From the NCBI GenBank assembly GCA_964445695.1, contig CAYULF010000023.1, positions 20,732-84,731 on the forward strand: DNA of 64,000 nt, written 5' to 3'. This stretch comes from an uncultured Hyphomicrobiales bacterium. Lineage in GTDB: Bacteria; Bacteroidota; Ignavibacteria; Kapaibacteriales; UBA7675. Positions within the stretch are counted from its first letter, which is position 1, and each line of letters starts with the position of its first letter. The translations under genes were made by a program, and so were the position numbers. A model generated the notes under the pieces. The model had not been told where the DNA came from, did no database searches, and was given only the letters and a program-made list of their open reading frames with translations. Shown one piece after another: positions 1 through 9,441 of the stretch.

Positions 1-216
1 GCCAGAGCGAGATGCCGCAGTTTGAAAGGCCTCACAACGTTTTGGACCATACTGAGTACGTTTTTGATCCCGGATTCCGAGTGCGCTGTGGGTAGAACGA
101 ATGCGCTTCGATCCGATTGCCCGCACGGCCATCGGAGCCCGTCCGACCCGTGAAATAATGCCGCCGCTTGCACGTGTCGCAAGCCGCAATCTTCCACCGG
201 AATCGAGGCAGGCAGA

Positions 217-609
217 ATGAGCGACAAACGCGTTTCGAGCGGGGCAGTCTGGGAGGACCGCGTGGGCTACAGCCGCGCCCTGCGCCGCGGCGAACACGTC
301 TACGTGGCGGGCACGCTGGGACTCCTGCCCGGCGGCGACATTGCGGGCGGCGCCTACGACCAGACGCGCCGCGCGCTGAAGATTATCGGCCGCGCGTTGA
401 ACGATGCGGGTTCATCCCTGGAGCACGTGACGCGCACGCGCATGTACATCCTCGATTTTGCCGACAGCGACGACGTCGGGCGTGCACATCTGGAAGTTTT
501 TCGACGGATCAGGCCGGCTGCGACAATGGTCGCGGTCAGCGGTCTTGCACATCCGGCGGCGTTGATTGAAGTCGAAGTTGAGGCGCTTATTCCGGAGGAT
601 GCGCGCTGA
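217..609 (+). CDS. RidA/YjgF/YER057c/UK114 family protein
   Basis: GYSRA..VYVAGT, TRTRMY and IRPAATMVAVSGL..LIEVEVEA motifs; 130 aa. Confidence 0.9.
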   Translation: MSDKRVSSGAVWEDRVGYSRALRRGEHVYVAGTLGLLPGGDIAGGAYDQTRRALKIIGRALNDAGSSLEHVTRTRMYILDFADSDDVGRAHLEVFRRIRPAATMVAVSGLAHPAALIEVEVEALIPEDAR

Positions 610-689
610 TCGGCTGCGATTGGGGATTGTTTCTACCGCGAGTTCATCGTAACTTTCGCGATCTGAAGCAGGCAAAAAGCAGGATTTTC

Positions 690-1445
690 ATGCGGACTCT
701 CTTTCTCATTGCAAGTGCGGCGCTTCTGCTGCTGCCGGGCGTTTTGTCCGCACAGATTTCCATCGTTCTGGGGCAGGTCTCCACCGACGGCTCAACCACG
801 GTGCAAATGGACGTCACCGGCGAGATCGGTTCGCCGGGGGATCTGGAGCTGGTGTTCCGCTACGACGCCGATGTTTTTGATGTTCCGAACATTGCGACGG
901 TGGAATCCGACCTGTTTTTTCCGTCGGGCTTCACGTTCGGCACCGAACTCGATGAACTGGATATTTCCACGGGAATCCTGACGATCAACGCCTTTGACGT
1001 GGTGGTGGGCCAGGGGCGCTGGTGCGCGCTGGTCATAAATGGTCTGCGTTCGTCCGAAGTCGTCGGCCGCATCACGCTGGAATCGGCGCGCAGCGAGGGC
1101 GAGGCCTTGCAGATCAACAGCAGCGTCACCGGCGTCGTCACAGTCACGAAGCCGCCCGTCTTTTTTGAGGACGCGGAGAGCCTCGGCAGCAATTTCCCCA
1201 ATCCTTTTCTGACGCAAACAGAATTCGACTACACACTGGCGGCAAACAACGTCGAGGTGCGCTTCACGGTGTTTACGCTTGACGGCATCAAGATCTACAG
1301 CGAAACCACGGTGGGGCAGAAGGGCGCCAACCGTTGGAAATTCGACCCGGCCGCCGCCGAAGTGCAACTGGCGCAGGGCATGTATCTGTTGCTGATGGAG
1401 ACGCCCAACGGCGTCTTTACTTTGCCTTTTCAACATCTGCGCTGA
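690..1445 (+). CDS. Secreted protein with cohesin-like N-terminal domain and T9SS type A C-terminal sorting domain
   Basis: Signal peptide from ATG 690; C-terminal NFPNPF..FTVFTLDG..GMYLL pattern. Confidence 0.7.
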   Translation: MRTLFLIASAALLLLPGVLSAQISIVLGQVSTDGSTTVQMDVTGEIGSPGDLELVFRYDADVFDVPNIATVESDLFFPSGFTFGTELDELDISTGILTINAFDVVVGQGRWCALVINGLRSSEVVGRITLESARSEGEALQINSSVTGVVTVTKPPVFFEDAESLGSNFPNPFLTQTEFDYTLAANNVEVRFTVFTLDGIKIYSETTVGQKGANRWKFDPAAAEVQLAQGMYLLLMETPNGVFTLPFQHLR

Positions 1446-3865
1446 TGGCGTCCATGCTCAAGATTCGGTTCCCGCTTTTCATTCTGCTGGCGATGACGCT
1501 CTCCGTCTTTGCAGGGATCTGCTTGCCTGTGGACGGCGTAGATCTCCGTGCGCAGACGGCCGCATCCGACGCGGCGGAGACCGGGAAAAACTCCGAAGGC
1601 ACCGAATTCTGGATCTGTTTTCAGCGCAATTACCGCGACTTTGACGTCGACCGCGACAACAACCCGATCAAGCGCACCGACGAACTGGAACTGAACCTCT
1701 TCCTGACGGCCAAGCAGAATGCTTTGGTTGCCATCGAGATAGACGGCATCGCATTTAAACGCGAAGTCAATGTGCGCGCCGGTACGGTGGTCAACGTGGC
1801 GATCGACTCTGCGGCGCAGCTGCGCGGCAGTGATGAAATCGAGCGCCTGGGCGTGCACATCACCTCCGATGTTCCGATTGCCGTGTACGGATTGAATCGC
1901 CGCTTTCAGACGACCGACACCTACCTGGCGCTGCCGGTCAATGTGCTCGGCACGGAGTACATGGCGATGTGCTACGACAAACTTTCGAGCGAGCTGATTT
2001 CGCAGGTGGCGCTGATTGCGACGGAAGACAATACAGTTGTGACGATTACTCCGACCACGGCAACCGGCGGCGGTCACCCCGAAGGCGAGCCATACAAGGT
2101 GCTGCTGCAGGAGGGCGACGTCTACCAGTTTAATGCGGCTTACGACCGACGCAGCCGCGCCGACCTGACGGGCACGCTGATCCAGGCCGACAAAAAAATA
2201 GCCGTCTTCAGCGGCCACAACTGCGCACATGTGCCGGCGGGAACGCGCGCCTGCAACCTGCTGGTGGAGCAGCTGCCGCCGATGCACTCCTGGGGTCGTC
2301 ACTTTTTCCTGGGCACCCTGGCAAACCGTTCAACTTCCACCTGGCGCGTGCTGGCTTCAGAGCCGAATACCACCGTGTTTGAGGATCAGAAAAAAATTGC
2401 CGTGCTCAATGCCGGCGAGTTTTACGAGAAACGCAATTTCAGCGAAAACACGCAGATCAAGGCCGACAAACCAGTTATGGTGGCTGAGTTCGCGCAGGGT
2501 TTTCAGAACGGCGATTCCATCGGCGATCCGATGATGATTATCGTCAGCCCTTCGCAGCAGTTTCGCGACAGCTACCTCATAGCCACGCCGGTGGATGGCT
2601 CCTGGCAGCACTACCTGAACATTGTCATGCCGGGCGAAGGCACGAGCAGTCTGCGCATTAACGGGCGAAAAATTCCGCAACGCGAGTTCCAGCGCTTCGG
2701 GCGTTCCTCGTATTTTATCGGCCAGTTCCAGATTCCGCTGGGTACGCACCTCATTGAGGCGGACCTGCCCTTCGGCCTGTATTCATATGGTTTTGGTTTG
2801 CAGCGCGACGCCTGGGACGCCTACGGCAACATGGGCGGTCAGAATTTTGGCGTGGTGGAGAATTTACCCGACTCGCTGGCGCCGGCCGTGGAAGGGCTGC
2901 CCGCGGGCGACTCGCTACAGGTGCTGATACGCGACGAGCGACCATTTGACCGCGGTCTGCAGAGAGTCGACATCATAAGCGCGCAGAACATCTCTATCGA
3001 ACTGCCCAAAGTGGAATCGGGCGCGCCGCTGCTCGAAGCCGGCGTTACCGCAATCAAGGCCAATGTATTCGGGCGCGCCGTCATGCGCGCAATCGATCTG
3101 GCCGGCAACGCGGCCGACTTCAGCATCTGTTATCGCTACGACCCGGTGGAAGGGGAGTATGGATTTGTGGTGCAGGACGGCGCTACAGCCGACTGCTCAC
3201 CGGAAAAGCTGCGCTATTGGGGCGCCTACGCCAATCTGAGTTTCAACGCCTGGACGGCTGATTTCGGCAGCACGGGCGAGATTTCGACGCCGGGCCGCTT
3301 CGGCGATGCTTCAGGCATGGGCGGCGTGATCGGCGGTCTGGTCGGCATACAGTTGACGCCCGCATTCGGTGCGACCGCCCGTCTCTCCATCGACACTTAT
3401 GGCGGTGAACTGCTGGCGCCGGACAGTCTGACGACGCTGACGCCGCCGCCCGACCAACGGGTGGTACAGGAAGCCGGGGTGCTGACGCTCGACAACGCCT
3501 GGCTGAGCCTTGGGCTCAGCGGCGAGTACTACCTGACGGACCGTTTTTACTTTACTGCGGGTGTGCAGACCTCTTTTGCACTTGGTACAGGCGTGACGCT
3601 CAAACGTCGCATCCTGACGCCGAGCGGCCTGGTGTACAGCGAGAGCAATGAAAACGAATTTATTCAGTACGAGGACGGACTGGGCAGCATAGCGCCAATC
3701 CGTCTGGCTCTGACGGGCGGCGTCGGCATGACATATCCGATAGTACCGCGCATCAAGGCCTTTGTGGAATTGCGTCAGACCGCATTCCTGACCGACGTCG
3801 TCGACGATGCCGACTGGGGCCAATCGCAGACAAACATCAATTTCGGGGCGCGGGTCCAGTTTTAG
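1445..3865 (+). CDS. IgGFc-binding N-terminal domain protein with C-terminal outer-membrane beta-barrel (paralog 1)
   Basis: GTEFW, DTYLALP..LGTEY, DLTGT.I..DK.IAVFSGH.CA, LVEQLPP...WG, GDP.M motifs; C-terminal amphipathic strands ending in Phe; ATG overlaps the upstream stop. Confidence 0.75.
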   Translation: MASMLKIRFPLFILLAMTLSVFAGICLPVDGVDLRAQTAASDAAETGKNSEGTEFWICFQRNYRDFDVDRDNNPIKRTDELELNLFLTAKQNALVAIEIDGIAFKREVNVRAGTVVNVAIDSAAQLRGSDEIERLGVHITSDVPIAVYGLNRRFQTTDTYLALPVNVLGTEYMAMCYDKLSSELISQVALIATEDNTVVTITPTTATGGGHPEGEPYKVLLQEGDVYQFNAAYDRRSRADLTGTLIQADKKIAVFSGHNCAHVPAGTRACNLLVEQLPPMHSWGRHFFLGTLANRSTSTWRVLASEPNTTVFEDQKKIAVLNAGEFYEKRNFSENTQIKADKPVMVAEFAQGFQNGDSIGDPMMIIVSPSQQFRDSYLIATPVDGSWQHYLNIVMPGEGTSSLRINGRKIPQREFQRFGRSSYFIGQFQIPLGTHLIEADLPFGLYSYGFGLQRDAWDAYGNMGGQNFGVVENLPDSLAPAVEGLPAGDSLQVLIRDERPFDRGLQRVDIISAQNISIELPKVESGAPLLEAGVTAIKANVFGRAVMRAIDLAGNAADFSICYRYDPVEGEYGFVVQDGATADCSPEKLRYWGAYANLSFNAWTADFGSTGEISTPGRFGDASGMGGVIGGLVGIQLTPAFGATARLSIDTYGGELLAPDSLTTLTPPPDQRVVQEAGVLTLDNAWLSLGLSGEYYLTDRFYFTAGVQTSFALGTGVTLKRRILTPSGLVYSESNENEFIQYEDGLGSIAPIRLALTGGVGMTYPIVPRIKAFVELRQTAFLTDVVDDADWGQSQTNINFGARVQF

Positions 3866-3915
3866 CGACCCGCTGATTGCGACTTTCATCGAATCCGGCG
3901 GATCGGAACTTGAGC

Positions 3916-4584
3916 ATGATTCTGCGCCGAACTTTGGCCGTTTTCCGCAAGGACCTGCGCAGCGAGTTGCGCACGCGTTATACGTTGAACGCGATTCTGC
4001 TTTTTGTGCTGACCACGGTGATGATGATCGCCTTTGCGACGCGCGGCGAGATCGTCAATGACGGCGTCGCCTCCGGCCTGCTCTGGGTCATCATGTTTTT
4101 CAGCGCCATGACCGGCCTGGCGCGCGCCTTTGTTGCGGAAGAAGAGCGCGGGACGAGTCTGCTGCTGCGTCTTAGCAGCCCGCCGGCTGCGGTGTTCTTC
4201 GGCAAGCTCCTTTACAATGTTTTGATGACGCTGCTGCTTAATTTTGCAGGCATCACGCTCTTTTTCATCTTTGTCGGCGGTGTGGCGGTCGGTTCTCCCG
4301 GTTTGTTTTTGCTTGTCATCGCTCTGGCAAGTCTTGCAACCGCCGCGTCCACCACACTGATTTCCGCCATAATCGCCAGGTCGCGATCGCGCGGCGCTCT
4401 GTTTCCCGTGCTGTCGTTCCCGATCATGTTACCGCTTGTACTGCCGGGTGTTGAACTGACCCTGCTGGCGCTCGGCGGCGCGGATATGGCGCAGGCGCAA
4501 AACAATTTGCAACTCATGGTGAGTTACCTCGTCGTGCTCACGACGGTTTCCTGGTTGTTGTTTGATTTTGTCTGGAAAGAATGA
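3916..4584 (+). CDS. ccmB: Heme exporter protein CcmB
   Basis: KDLRSELR, F..EEERGT..LL, GKLLYN, LFPVL.FP..LP motifs; about 6 TM segments; ccm context. Confidence 0.9.
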   Translation: MILRRTLAVFRKDLRSELRTRYTLNAILLFVLTTVMMIAFATRGEIVNDGVASGLLWVIMFFSAMTGLARAFVAEEERGTSLLLRLSSPPAAVFFGKLLYNVLMTLLLNFAGITLFFIFVGGVAVGSPGLFLLVIALASLATAASTTLISAIIARSRSRGALFPVLSFPIMLPLVLPGVELTLLALGGADMAQAQNNLQLMVSYLVVLTTVSWLLFDFVWKE

Positions 4585-4687
4585 GCGCGCACCGGCGTCG
4601 CGGAACGAGCCAACTTCGTCGCCGCCCGGACAAATATCAACAGGAAACGCGGCACAAACCTATGCTACAGTTGAGGGAACAAGAGGA

Positions 4688-7093
4688 ATGGACATTCCGC
4701 GGAATGTGTTGAACCCGGCCATCCGGCCGGCCCGTTATTTGTTGGGGCTGTGTCTGGTGGCCCTGTCGCTGTTTGTTGTACCGCTGACGCTGAGCGCGCA
4801 GCCGGAAGACATGGACGCGGCGCGCGATTCGGAAGGCACCGAATTCTGGATCTGTTTTCAGAAGAATTTTCGCGACGTCCAGTACAACAACAACCTGCAG
4901 TCCAGCCAGCCCGAGCGCGCTTCGACGCTCACACTAAAACTCTTCTTCGCCTCACCGCAGAATGCAAAGGTGCGCGTGGAGATTCCCGGTCTGCGCTTCA
5001 ACAAGGACGTGCGCGTGCCGGCCGGCAGTGTGGTGTCCATGGACATCGACTCGGCGGCGCAGGTGCGCATCGACGAAGGCGTCGAACGACTGGGCGTGCA
5101 CGTCACTTCCGACGTGCCGATCGCGGTCTACGGCCTCAACCGTCGTTTCCAGACGACGGACACCTACCTGGCGCTGCCCGTTTCCGTGCTCGGCCAGGAA
5201 TACATGGTGATGGGGTATCAGCAGAAAGCCGAAGACCTGCTCTCGCAGGTCGCTGTGGTGGCGACCGAGGACGAGACCGCCCTGACAATTATTCCCAGCG
5301 TCGAGACTTCCGGCGGCAACAAAGCCGGCGATCCATATCGCATCAGGCTGAACAAAGGGGACGTGTACCAGATGCGCCCCAAATACGACCGCAAGTCGAC
5401 CTGTGACCTGACCGGAACCTTTATCCGCTCCGACAAACCGGTGGCCGTTTTCAGCGGTCACAACTGCGCGTACATTCCGAATGAAGTGTCGTTCTGCAAT
5501 CACCTTGTGGAGCAACTGCCGCCGGTCAATACCTGGGGGCGACAATTCTACGTCGGCAACCTGGCCAACCGATCGCGTTCCAGCTTCCGCGTGCTGGCTT
5601 CGCGCGACAGCACAAAGGTATTTCGCAATTTCCGTCCCATCGCCGTGCTGAATGCCGGCGAACACTACGAGACGCATGACCTGACCGGTCCCACGCAGAT
5701 TACGGCGACCAATCCCGTGCTCGTGGCCCTGTTTTCACAGGGCTCGCAGAACGGCGACGGCCTGGGCGACCCGATGATGATTCTGGTGAGTCCCACGCAG
5801 CAGTTCATGACGAGTTACCGCTTTGCAACACCGGTGGACGGGACCTGGCGGCACTACGTCAACGTGGTGGTGCCGGATGAAGCGGTGGGCTCGGTACGCC
5901 TCAACGGCGACCTGGTAAATCGCAATAAATTCGAACCGTTCGGCGAGAGCGGTTACCAGATAGCGCGACTGCAGGTACCGTTCGGCACACACGCCATCCG
6001 CGCCGACAAACCCTTTGGTCTTTATTCGTACGGCCTCGGATTCGGCGACGACAAAAGCGACGCCTACGGCAATATGGGCGGGCAATTGTTTGGCGCTCTG
6101 CCGGATACGAAAGACACGCTGGCGCCGCTGGTGGACCCGACGCTTGGGCGCGACTCCTTGTTTGCCTATGTGCGCGAAAACAGGACAATTGACCGCGGTC
6201 TGCGAAGTATCGACACGGTTTACAGTCACAACATGCTGGTCGATCTGCCCAAGGTCATTGCAGGCGTGCCGCAGATTGCCGTGAGCGCTCGTCCGCAGAA
6301 TTACGGCGAGTTCGGCAGCGCGCTTGTGCGCGCGGTGGATGTGGCCGGCAACGTGACGATGTTTTCAATTTGCTACAGTCTGAACGACAGCAACGAATAC
6401 GAGCTGACCTATTCGCTCGGCGAGGACGAAGGCTGCAGCCCGCCGTCGACGATGTTCTGGGGCGCTTACTTCAGTCCGGCCGTCGATCTGCATGCGCCCG
6501 ATTTCAACGCAACCGACGGTTTTACCGCGCAGAATCCCTTTGACGACAAAACTGGTATCGGCGGCATCGGCGGTCTGCTGATCGGCAAACCGCTGGGACT
6601 GGACTGGACACTTACCGGGCGTCTGGGGCTGGAGATGCACGGCGGGGCGATCAGCTCGATCGACACTTCCGCGCCTTCACAGCCGGACATCATCAGGGAG
6701 GGCGTTCGCATCAGTTCCAACGCGCTGTATCTGAGCAGCGAGATAACGATGGAACGCCGCCTGGGGCCGGGCGTCTACGCACTCGGCGGTCTGAGAACGG
6801 CGTTTGCGCTGTCCAAATCGGCGGATGTCGAGCGTGTGATATTCATTCCGGCGGACGCTTCCTACGAAGAAACCGGCACAAATACGATTCCGTTGCGCGA
6901 CGGAACGCTTGAAAGTCTGTCTTCCATCAGGTTCGGTCTGTTGGCCGGCGTCGGCTTCGCGGTGCCTGTGTACGGAGACTGGACGGCTTTCTCCGAAATG
7001 CGTTACGTTCACTATCTCAGCAGCGTGCTGAGCGACGCCGACTGGACGCACAGCCGCATCGATCTGGTGATTGGTTTCCGGCTGCCCTTCTGA
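4688..7093 (+). CDS. IgGFc-binding N-terminal domain protein with C-terminal outer-membrane beta-barrel (paralog 2)
   Basis: Colinear with 1445-3865 (e.g. identical SEGTEFWICFQ, VYGLNRRFQTTDTYLALP, DAYGNMGGQ); terminal Phe. Confidence 0.75.
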   Translation: MDIPRNVLNPAIRPARYLLGLCLVALSLFVVPLTLSAQPEDMDAARDSEGTEFWICFQKNFRDVQYNNNLQSSQPERASTLTLKLFFASPQNAKVRVEIPGLRFNKDVRVPAGSVVSMDIDSAAQVRIDEGVERLGVHVTSDVPIAVYGLNRRFQTTDTYLALPVSVLGQEYMVMGYQQKAEDLLSQVAVVATEDETALTIIPSVETSGGNKAGDPYRIRLNKGDVYQMRPKYDRKSTCDLTGTFIRSDKPVAVFSGHNCAYIPNEVSFCNHLVEQLPPVNTWGRQFYVGNLANRSRSSFRVLASRDSTKVFRNFRPIAVLNAGEHYETHDLTGPTQITATNPVLVALFSQGSQNGDGLGDPMMILVSPTQQFMTSYRFATPVDGTWRHYVNVVVPDEAVGSVRLNGDLVNRNKFEPFGESGYQIARLQVPFGTHAIRADKPFGLYSYGLGFGDDKSDAYGNMGGQLFGALPDTKDTLAPLVDPTLGRDSLFAYVRENRTIDRGLRSIDTVYSHNMLVDLPKVIAGVPQIAVSARPQNYGEFGSALVRAVDVAGNVTMFSICYSLNDSNEYELTYSLGEDEGCSPPSTMFWGAYFSPAVDLHAPDFNATDGFTAQNPFDDKTGIGGIGGLLIGKPLGLDWTLTGRLGLEMHGGAISSIDTSAPSQPDIIREGVRISSNALYLSSEITMERRLGPGVYALGGLRTAFALSKSADVERVIFIPADASYEETGTNTIPLRDGTLESLSSIRFGLLAGVGFAVPVYGDWTAFSEMRYVHYLSSVLSDADWTHSRIDLVIGFRLPF

Positions 7094-7103
7094 TCATTAC
7101 AGC

Positions 7104-7134
7104 GGCGGCGCGGCACAACGCTGCGCCGCCTTTG
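7104..7134 (+). terminator. Putative intrinsic terminator
   Basis: GGCGGCGCGGC-acaac-GCTGCGCCGCC followed by TTT just after the stop. Confidence 0.5.
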
Positions 7135-7203
7135 AAAAGTGGCTGCAAAAGCCGAAATTGCGGGTCATTTTTGTGCGCATTGACCGCCAAAAGGTAGTGC
7201 TTC

Positions 7204-8253
7204 ATGTCTTCTCTCCTGATGCTGCTCGGGTTCACGATTGGAATCATTCTGGGCAATTTCCCTTCGGTTTTACGTCCGCGCCCGGCATGGTGGCGTTGGA
7301 CGGTGGTGATCCTGACCAGCCTGACGATTGTTCTGGCCCTGTGGCCGCCCCTCGGCGGAACGTTTAACTCGGTGGTGCTGATGGGGCGCAGCTACGAGAA
7401 ACAAGCCGTCCCGCTCAAGGCCAGCATCGACCACTCCACAAAATCCTACAACGCCGAACGCGACGAATTTTCGGTCGTGATGCGCGATTTCAGCAGCGAA
7501 CCGCGCGAGTTTCCGGTTGTGTTTACCGGACGTGAACCGGCAGAAATCTCCAGCGCCAAAGTTGTAATCGTCAATGTGCGCCTCGGCTCCTCCGACACCG
7601 ATTTCCGCGGCGAGTCCGTTGTGGCGGTCGATCCGCCTGTAACGATCGGCTATGTGCCGGCCCTGGCCGAGCGCATCCGCAACGTTTACTTCCACGTGCC
7701 GATGGCCTGGATTGGGTTCCTGGCTTACTTTCTGACGATGATGTATTCGATGCGCTATTTGCGCAAACGCGAACCGTCCGACGACATCAAAGCCGCCGCG
7801 GCGGCGGGGCTGGGCACGGTCTTTACCGTTCTGGCGACGATTACCGGCATGGTGTGGGCCAAATTCAATTGGGGCGCGTTCTGGAGCTGGGATCCGCGCC
7901 AGACTTCGATCTTTGTCCTGCTGATGATTTACGGTGCTTATTTTGCCCTGCGCGGCGCACTGAGCGACGACGACGACAAACGCGCGCGCCTTTCGGCCGT
8001 GTACTCAATTTTTGGATTTGTGTCGGCCATTTTCCTGGTGTACATCATTCCTCGCATTATGGAAGGACTGCATCCGGGCGCCGCCAAATCGGGGGACATG
8101 GGACCGCTCGTGGACGGATCGATCGACCCGATCGTTCTTTCGCTTTACACGCTGTCGTTGATGTCCTTCACGCTGATTTACTTCTGGCTGTATTCCATTA
8201 CGGTCCGCTCACGCCTCGTCGCAATGGAACTCGACGAAGCACAGTTTTCCTGA
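7204..8253 (+). CDS. ccmC: Heme exporter CcmC with an extra N-terminal periplasmic CcmE-like domain
   Basis: YFHVP, WWD motif WGAFWSWDPRQT, LHP; about 85-aa soluble insert before the CcmC core. Confidence 0.88.
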   Translation: MSSLLMLLGFTIGIILGNFPSVLRPRPAWWRWTVVILTSLTIVLALWPPLGGTFNSVVLMGRSYEKQAVPLKASIDHSTKSYNAERDEFSVVMRDFSSEPREFPVVFTGREPAEISSAKVVIVNVRLGSSDTDFRGESVVAVDPPVTIGYVPALAERIRNVYFHVPMAWIGFLAYFLTMMYSMRYLRKREPSDDIKAAAAAGLGTVFTVLATITGMVWAKFNWGAFWSWDPRQTSIFVLLMIYGAYFALRGALSDDDDKRARLSAVYSIFGFVSAIFLVYIIPRIMEGLHPGAAKSGDMGPLVDGSIDPIVLSLYTLSLMSFTLIYFWLYSITVRSRLVAMELDEAQFS

Positions 8254-8265
8254 AAAGAAGCTCTT

Positions 8266-8457
8266 ATGGAACAGTTTCTGGCAGAAAATTCGCTGTATGT
8301 GGTTCTGATTATCGTGTTGATGATCTGGGCGGGCCTTGCGCTGTTGATGATGCGTCTTGAAAAACGCGTCACCGAACTGCAGGAGACCGCACGCGGCGTA
8401 AAACAACGCCTCGCTGCGAACACGAGCGCGGACGAACCTTCGTCTTCCGTCCGGTAA
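8266..8457 (+). CDS. ccmD: CcmD family small membrane protein
   Basis: 63 aa, single TM followed by RLEKRV..L, located between ccmC and ccmE. Confidence 0.75.
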   Translation: MEQFLAENSLYVVLIIVLMIWAGLALLMMRLEKRVTELQETARGVKQRLAANTSADEPSSSVR

Positions 8458-8520
8458 ACAACGATAACAGCGTGTGACGGGGCAGCGCCCGCATGCGCCG
8501 CATGCAGAAAGGAAGCGACA

Positions 8521-8943
8521 ATGAAAGCCAAATATCTGATTGGCGGACTGATCGTATCCGTGTTTGTCGTCATAGGACTTATATCCCTGGACGGCGGCAC
8601 TATCGCGTATTCCGATATCCAGACCGCGCGGTCCACACCCGGCTTTGTGAAAGTCAAAGGCTCATGGATCAAGGAAAACGGCGCCGACTACGACAGCGAA
8701 CGCGACATTTTTACCTTCCACATGCGCGATTCAACGGACCATATGATCAAGGTGGTTCACAGCGGCCCGCGTCCGAATAACTTCGAACTGGCCGAGAGCA
8801 TCGTTGTTGAAGGCCGTATCGAAAACGATATTCTGCAGTCGCGCCACATCCTGACCAAGTGCCCGTCCAAGTACGAAGGCAATACGATGCAGGATCCTTC
8901 GGCCTACGCACCCGCTGCGGGAGAAGGGAACAGCGAATCGTGA
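8521..8943 (+). CDS. ccmE: Heme chaperone CcmE, CxxxY type
   Basis: N-terminal TM, OB-fold pattern, ILTKCPSKY motif. Confidence 0.92.
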   Translation: MKAKYLIGGLIVSVFVVIGLISLDGGTIAYSDIQTARSTPGFVKVKGSWIKENGADYDSERDIFTFHMRDSTDHMIKVVHSGPRPNNFELAESIVVEGRIENDILQSRHILTKCPSKYEGNTMQDPSAYAPAAGEGNSES

Positions 8944-9392
8944 CCTCGCCCGCCGGATCGGAACACACATCAGAATCGAATTCGCACAACGGGGATCGCT
9001 CACAATCGCGCGGTCTGTTCCGCAAAGTCGCCATTGCATTGGTTGTGCTGGCCATCCCACTGGTCCTGGTCATGGCGTCGCGTTACGGGGAAGTGCAGTC
9101 CGTCAATTTTGCCCGCTCGGTTGAAATTGCCGCCGGACGCACGGAGATTGAACCACGCTACAAAATTGTGATAGAAGCGGTTGTGCTCGACGACCAACAG
9201 CATCCGCTCGAGATTGCGGAGACCAGCGCGTCTTTCTACGCGCGGGACCGTGACGGCCAAATATTTCTGGTGTCCTACGACGGCGGAGAGCAACTGAGTC
9301 TCCGCAGCGGCATGCAGGTTAAGCTGGCGGGTCATACGCACGAGGGCACTCCGCCCTGGTTTCATTGTTCGGAAGTAATCACTGACTACTAG
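8940..9392 (+). CDS. CcmE-like membrane-anchored OB-fold protein lacking the heme-attachment motif
   Basis: GTG overlaps ccmE stop; TM then SFYARDRDG..LVSYDG..QVKLAG..FHCSEVIT pattern aligning with CcmE. Confidence 0.6.
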   Translation: MTSPAGSEHTSESNSHNGDRSQSRGLFRKVAIALVVLAIPLVLVMASRYGEVQSVNFARSVEIAAGRTEIEPRYKIVIEAVVLDDQQHPLEIAETSASFYARDRDGQIFLVSYDGGEQLSLRSGMQVKLAGHTHEGTPPWFHCSEVITDY

Positions 9393-9441
9393 TCGCCGGC
9401 CGCGGCATTTGCGCCCGGCCACAGACTGAAGGGCGCCTTCC

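Noticed and set aside
1445-7093. IgGFc paralogs, or the lipoprotein pair, as diversity-generating retroelement TR/VR
   Set aside because: No adenine-specific near-identical repeat and no reverse transcriptase; the divergence looks like ordinary paralogy. The equal 843-aa ORF lengths come from upstream extensions.
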